From Bacillota bacterium (GTDB lineage Bacteria > Bacillota > Sulfobacillia > JAJZYS01 > JAJYTV01): DNA of 64,000 nt. A program made the position numbers and the translations under genes. Numbering within the stretch: position 1 is the first letter of the stretch; each line of letters starts with the position of its first letter. The DNA lies in NCBI GenBank assembly GCA_021793645.1, contig JAJYSJ010000002.1, positions 2,003 through 66,002 of the forward strand, written 5' to 3'. The notes beneath the pieces were generated by a model that saw only the letters and a program-made list of their open reading frames with translations, did no database searches and was not told where the DNA came from. Positions 60,608-64,000 of the stretch are shown one piece after another.

Positions 60608-61048
60608 CTATTGCGGATGTGCAACAATCCCGCTGCGCAGCGCCTCGCGGATTTCGGCCGGGAAGGCGACCGCCCGGTGCTGCGTGCGGTTTAGGTGCGC
60701 GGCAATGAGTTCACTCGTTGCCACAAGGTCGCCCGTCGTCGACCGGCGGACCTGGTGCCGGTAGCGAATCGTCTTCTCACGTACCTCGAGGAGCTCCGTG
60801 AACGCCACGATCGTGTCGCCCGGGAACAGTTCCTTGTGATACGTCGTCTCCTGTGCAAGTGCCGCCATGCCGCAGCCGCTCGCCTCGAAGTACGGGCGGC
60901 TCAGGCCGTGGCGGGCAAAAAACGTCCAGTTCGCGGCGTCGAAGATCGCTGCGTAGCGAGCGATGTTGACATGCCCCATGTGGTCTGAGTCTGCCGGGTA
61001 GACGACGCCGACGTAGGTGGGCGTCTCTTCTGTGGAAGGACCGCTCAC
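60608..61048 (-). CDS. Acyl-CoA thioesterase (4HBT/YbgC-like hotdog fold)
   Basis: ...VYPADSDHMGHVNIARYAAIFDAANWTFF... is the hotdog-thioesterase pattern. GTG at 61048 follows AGGGGAGGA. The long N-terminal extension in the track is an artifact. Confidence 0.7.
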   Translation of the reverse strand: MSGPSTEETPTYVGVVYPADSDHMGHVNIARYAAIFDAANWTFFARHGLSRPYFEASGCGMAALAQETTYHKELFPGDTIVAFTELLEVREKTIRYRHQVRRSTTGDLVATSELIAAHLNRTQHRAVAFPAEIREALRSGIVAHPQ

Positions 61049-61193
61049 GGATCTCCTCCCCTTCACTTCAATCACTCGGTCGGAATGCACCACTGCCGCC
61101 GCAGTGCAATACGGTACGGGTGGCGTCGGGAGCGAGCACAGGCCATGCCCCGCTCCGCATCCCGACCACTTTGCCGCAAGGGGAGCGACGCTT

Positions 61194-63083
61194 GTGTGCG
61201 GAATCGCCGGCTGGGTCGATTGGCGACGGGATCTACGGCAGGAGGCGGCAACGCTGGAGCGGATGGCCGCGGCGATGGCCCCCCGCGGCCCAGATGATGC
61301 CGGGCTCTGGCTCTCCACGAACGTCGCGTTCGCCCACAGGCGACTGATCGTCGTCGATCCGGCGGGCGGCGCGCAGCCGATGCACAAGCAGTACGGTACA
61401 CGGCGCTTCGTGATCACGTACAACGGAGAACTGTACAACACCGAGGATCTTCGCCGCGACCTGCTCGCCCGTGGATATCGGTTCGACGGACACTCCGACA
61501 CGGAAGTGCTGCTTGCCGCCTATGCCCACTGGGGCGAGGCCTGCCTTTCGCACCTCAACGGAATCTTCGCCTTCGCGATCTGGAACGAAGCGGAGGAAAC
61601 GCTGTTCCTCGCCCGCGACCGGCTCGGTGTGAAGCCCCTTTTCTACGCCGAACGACCGGACGCCTTCCTCTATGCATCGGAACTCAAGGGCCTGCTGGCA
61701 AACCCGCTCGTGCCCGCCGAACTCGACCGCGACGGGCTCAGCGAGGCCTTCCTCATGGCCCCATCGCGTACACCGGGCCACGGCGTGTTCCGCGGCGTCA
61801 AGGAACTGCGTCCCGGCTGGAGCATACGCGTGACAAGGCGCGGTTCGCGCCTCCACCGCTACTGGGCCCTCGAGGCGCACGAACACCTCGACAGCGCCGA
61901 GGAAACCGCCGCGCGCGTACGCTTCCTCCTCCGCGACGCCGTGGAGCGTCAGCTCATCTCCGACGTGCCGATCTCGACGCTGCTGTCCGGCGGTCTTGAC
62001 TCGAGCGCCGTGACCGCCTTCGCGGCAGAGGGCCTCAAGGCCCAGGGTCGCGACGCGCTGCGCACCTACTCGGTCGAGTTCGCGGAGATGGACCGTCACT
62101 TCCGCCCGACCGCCTTCCAGAAGTCGCTCGATGGGCCCTGGGTGCAGCGGGTCTCCGAACTCTTCGCCACCGACCATCGCAGGGTGGTGCTCGATACGCC
62201 GGAACTGGTGCATTACCTCGGCGCCGCTCTGCAGGCTCGCGACCTACCCGGCATGGCCGATGTCGACACCTCGCTCCTGCTGTTCTGCCGCGATGTGCGG
62301 CGCGGCGCGACGGTCGCGCTCTCCGGTGAGTCGGCCGACGAGGTGTTCGGCGGCTACCCCTGGTTCTATCGCGAGGACGCCCTCGCCGCCCACACCTTCC
62401 CCTGGGCCCTGCGTCAACGGGATCGCGTAGCGCTCCTGAATCCCGAGTTTGCCGCCTGGCTGGAACCGGAGCAGTACGTGGCAAACCGCTACGAGCAGGC
62501 TCTCGCGGAAGTGCCCAGCCTTCCGGGCGAGGATCCGACAGAAGCGCGCATGCGCGAGCTCCTCTACCTTAACATCACGCGCTTTCTACCGACGCTCCTC
62601 GACCGCAAGGACCGCATGAGCATGGCCACAGGCCTTGAAGTACGCGTGCCCTTCTGCGACCACCGGCTCGTGGAGTACACCTACAACATCCCATGGGCGC
62701 TGAAGACCTACGGCGGCCACCCGAAGGGCATCCTGCGCGAAGCGCTGCGCGGCATCCTGCCCGACGACGTCCTCTATCGCCCGAAGAGTCCCTATCCCTC
62801 CACCCCGAACCCGACGTACCTCTCCGCGATGCGCAGCCAGGCGCTCGAAGTGCTGTCCGACCCCGGTTCGCCCTTGTCCGCGTACCTGAACCGCACTGCG
62901 ATCGAGCGGCTCGCGCGCGAGGAGCAAGACCCCTTTGCACTGCCCTGGTTCTCGCAGCTCATGGGCCTCGCGCAGTGGTTTTCATACGTTGTGCAGCTCG
63001 ATCTGTGGCTCCGCTCCTACCGGATCCGGCCGATCGCCGACAGGGGAGCGCCCGACCTCCCCCACGTCGTCCTCCAATCCTAA
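61194..63083 (+). CDS. asnB: Asparagine synthetase (glutamine-hydrolysing), AsnB family
   Basis: N-terminus MCGIAGWVDW... (Cys2 nucleophile) after GTG 61194 and RBS AAGGGGA. The central ...LLSGGLDSSAV... PP-loop. 629 aa. Confidence 0.87.
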   Translation: MCGIAGWVDWRRDLRQEAATLERMAAAMAPRGPDDAGLWLSTNVAFAHRRLIVVDPAGGAQPMHKQYGTRRFVITYNGELYNTEDLRRDLLARGYRFDGHSDTEVLLAAYAHWGEACLSHLNGIFAFAIWNEAEETLFLARDRLGVKPLFYAERPDAFLYASELKGLLANPLVPAELDRDGLSEAFLMAPSRTPGHGVFRGVKELRPGWSIRVTRRGSRLHRYWALEAHEHLDSAEETAARVRFLLRDAVERQLISDVPISTLLSGGLDSSAVTAFAAEGLKAQGRDALRTYSVEFAEMDRHFRPTAFQKSLDGPWVQRVSELFATDHRRVVLDTPELVHYLGAALQARDLPGMADVDTSLLLFCRDVRRGATVALSGESADEVFGGYPWFYREDALAAHTFPWALRQRDRVALLNPEFAAWLEPEQYVANRYEQALAEVPSLPGEDPTEARMRELLYLNITRFLPTLLDRKDRMSMATGLEVRVPFCDHRLVEYTYNIPWALKTYGGHPKGILREALRGILPDDVLYRPKSPYPSTPNPTYLSAMRSQALEVLSDPGSPLSAYLNRTAIERLAREEQDPFALPWFSQLMGLAQWFSYVVQLDLWLRSYRIRPIADRGAPDLPHVVLQS

Positions 63084-63142
63084 AGGGTAGCCCTCGTCCC
63101 ATGGCGAATCTTGCCGCTATGCGACCGCGGGGAGGATGCGCA

Positions 63143-64000
63143 ATGCACCCGCAGTTCACCCACTCGCCGGCTTTGGGCGCGCGTCTCGCGCGCCAGCCGG
63201 CGCTTGGCGGCCTGGCAATTCGCCTGACATTCTTAACACTGGCTCTGCTGGTGCTCTTCCTTTTCGGACAAGGTCTTGCATGGCCAGCGCTGGCACTCAC
63301 AGCGGCCGGGTACGCCATGCTCTGCGTTGCGCTTTATCTTGTCGAGCGCCGCCGTGCATCCCTTGCCCCGCGTTGGCAGTCAGCGCTCGACATGCTTTCT
63401 GTCACCCTCCTCATCCACTTCCTCGGTGCGCTGCAGATCGTCGCAGCGGCGCTCTACCTCATCCCGATCCTCGAGGCGGGATATGCCGAAGGATCCTACG
63501 TCGCCGCCGCCTACGCGACGGCTGCACTTTTGCTTGCGCTCGTGTTTGGCGCCGAACGCTCCGCCATCCTCGGTATCGCAGTTCCCCTCTACGCAGCGGG
63601 AATCTCCGTTGGCTACCTGCGTTCTGCGAACGTTGCGTCCGGGCGCCGAGAAAACGCCCTGGAACGCGCAGTACGGGAAGCTGCAAAGGAACTCTCGACG
63701 CTTGAAGACCTCGATCAAATGCTCGCCTTCGTCGGCGAGCGCATCCACGCACTGGCCGGCGCCGATGCCTGCATCGTACGAACCAGCCCGGATGCCGCTT
63801 CCGAGGTGTGGTTCGACGGTACAAGCCATGACGAGGTAGAGGAGGCGCGGGCCCCCCTCGCCTCCCTGATGCGGGCGGCAGGCGGCGCGGCCGTTCCGCT
63901 GCGCATGCAGGACCTGACACCCCAATTGGCGGCGTCCTGGCGGGCGGCAGGCGTACAGTGCGCCCTGCTGCTCCCCTTGGCTGTGGCGGACGACCCTTCC
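63143..64000 (+). CDS. Membrane-anchored sensor protein with a GAF-like domain. N-terminal part only; runs off the window end.
   Basis: Manual translation from ATG 63143 is stop-free to the window end with GC3-rich codon usage: ~4 TM helices (LAIRLTFLTLALLVLFLFG..., LSVTLLIHFLGALQIVAAALYLIPIL...) followed by a GAF-like block (...LEDLDQMLAFVGERIHALAGADACIVRTS...). Not in the track because no stop is reached. Confidence 0.6.
   Translation, partial: MHPQFTHSPALGARLARQPALGGLAIRLTFLTLALLVLFLFGQGLAWPALALTAAGYAMLCVALYLVERRRASLAPRWQSALDMLSVTLLIHFLGALQIVAAALYLIPILEAGYAEGSYVAAAYATAALLLALVFGAERSAILGIAVPLYAAGISVGYLRSANVASGRRENALERAVREAAKELSTLEDLDQMLAFVGERIHALAGADACIVRTSPDAASEVWFDGTSHDEVEEARAPLASLMRAAGGAAVPLRMQDLTPQLAASWRAAGVQCALLLPLAVADDPS

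Noticed and set aside
61048-61193. T-box leader upstream of asnB
   Set aside because: The intergenic region is only ~145 nt and shows no T-box specifier or antiterminator features.

Overview
This is a 64-kb high-GC (~68-70%) chromosomal segment, densely coding on both strands. Gene content and synteny point to a Firmicutes-type genome: glnR-glnA, smpB-rnr-est-secG next to ssrA, gap-pgk-tpiA-gpmI-eno without cggR, AroH-type chorismate mutase, YuzD/DUF1462 and phoPR. That placement is inference only. I call about 60 CDS, three tRNAs (Pro-TGG, Gly-TCC, Arg-TCT), one tmRNA, several rho-independent terminators and a few candidate operators. Most of the window is core metabolism and housekeeping: pyrH, aspartate ammonia-lyase, aspartokinase, rph-rdgB, the glycolytic operon, glnRA, a contiguous phoP-phoR-pstSCAB-phoU array, aroH-tyrA and asnB. 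Accessory or unusual content: (1) a LysR-adjacent locus (46.3-50.6 kb) with a WecC/WbpA-type UDP-HexNAc dehydrogenase, a clear class I hyaluronan-synthase (HasA) homolog and a secreted GH16-CE4 fusion enzyme, which is my best candidate for an undescribed polysaccharide system; (2) an operon joining a GT2, a GT-D-like protein and an EAL-GAF-GAF c-di-GMP phosphodiesterase; (3) an IclR-controlled catabolic operon (P5C-dehydrogenase-like ALDH, GctAB-type CoA-transferase, class III aminotransferase, thiolase); (4) an amine/amino-acid uptake and catabolism cluster; (5) a P-loop NTPase fused to an Asp23 domain; and (6) a low-GC noncoding stretch plus a standalone AAA_21 ATPase downstream of the tRNA cluster. 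Many long ORFs in the supplied track are antisense artifacts of the high GC content and were not called.
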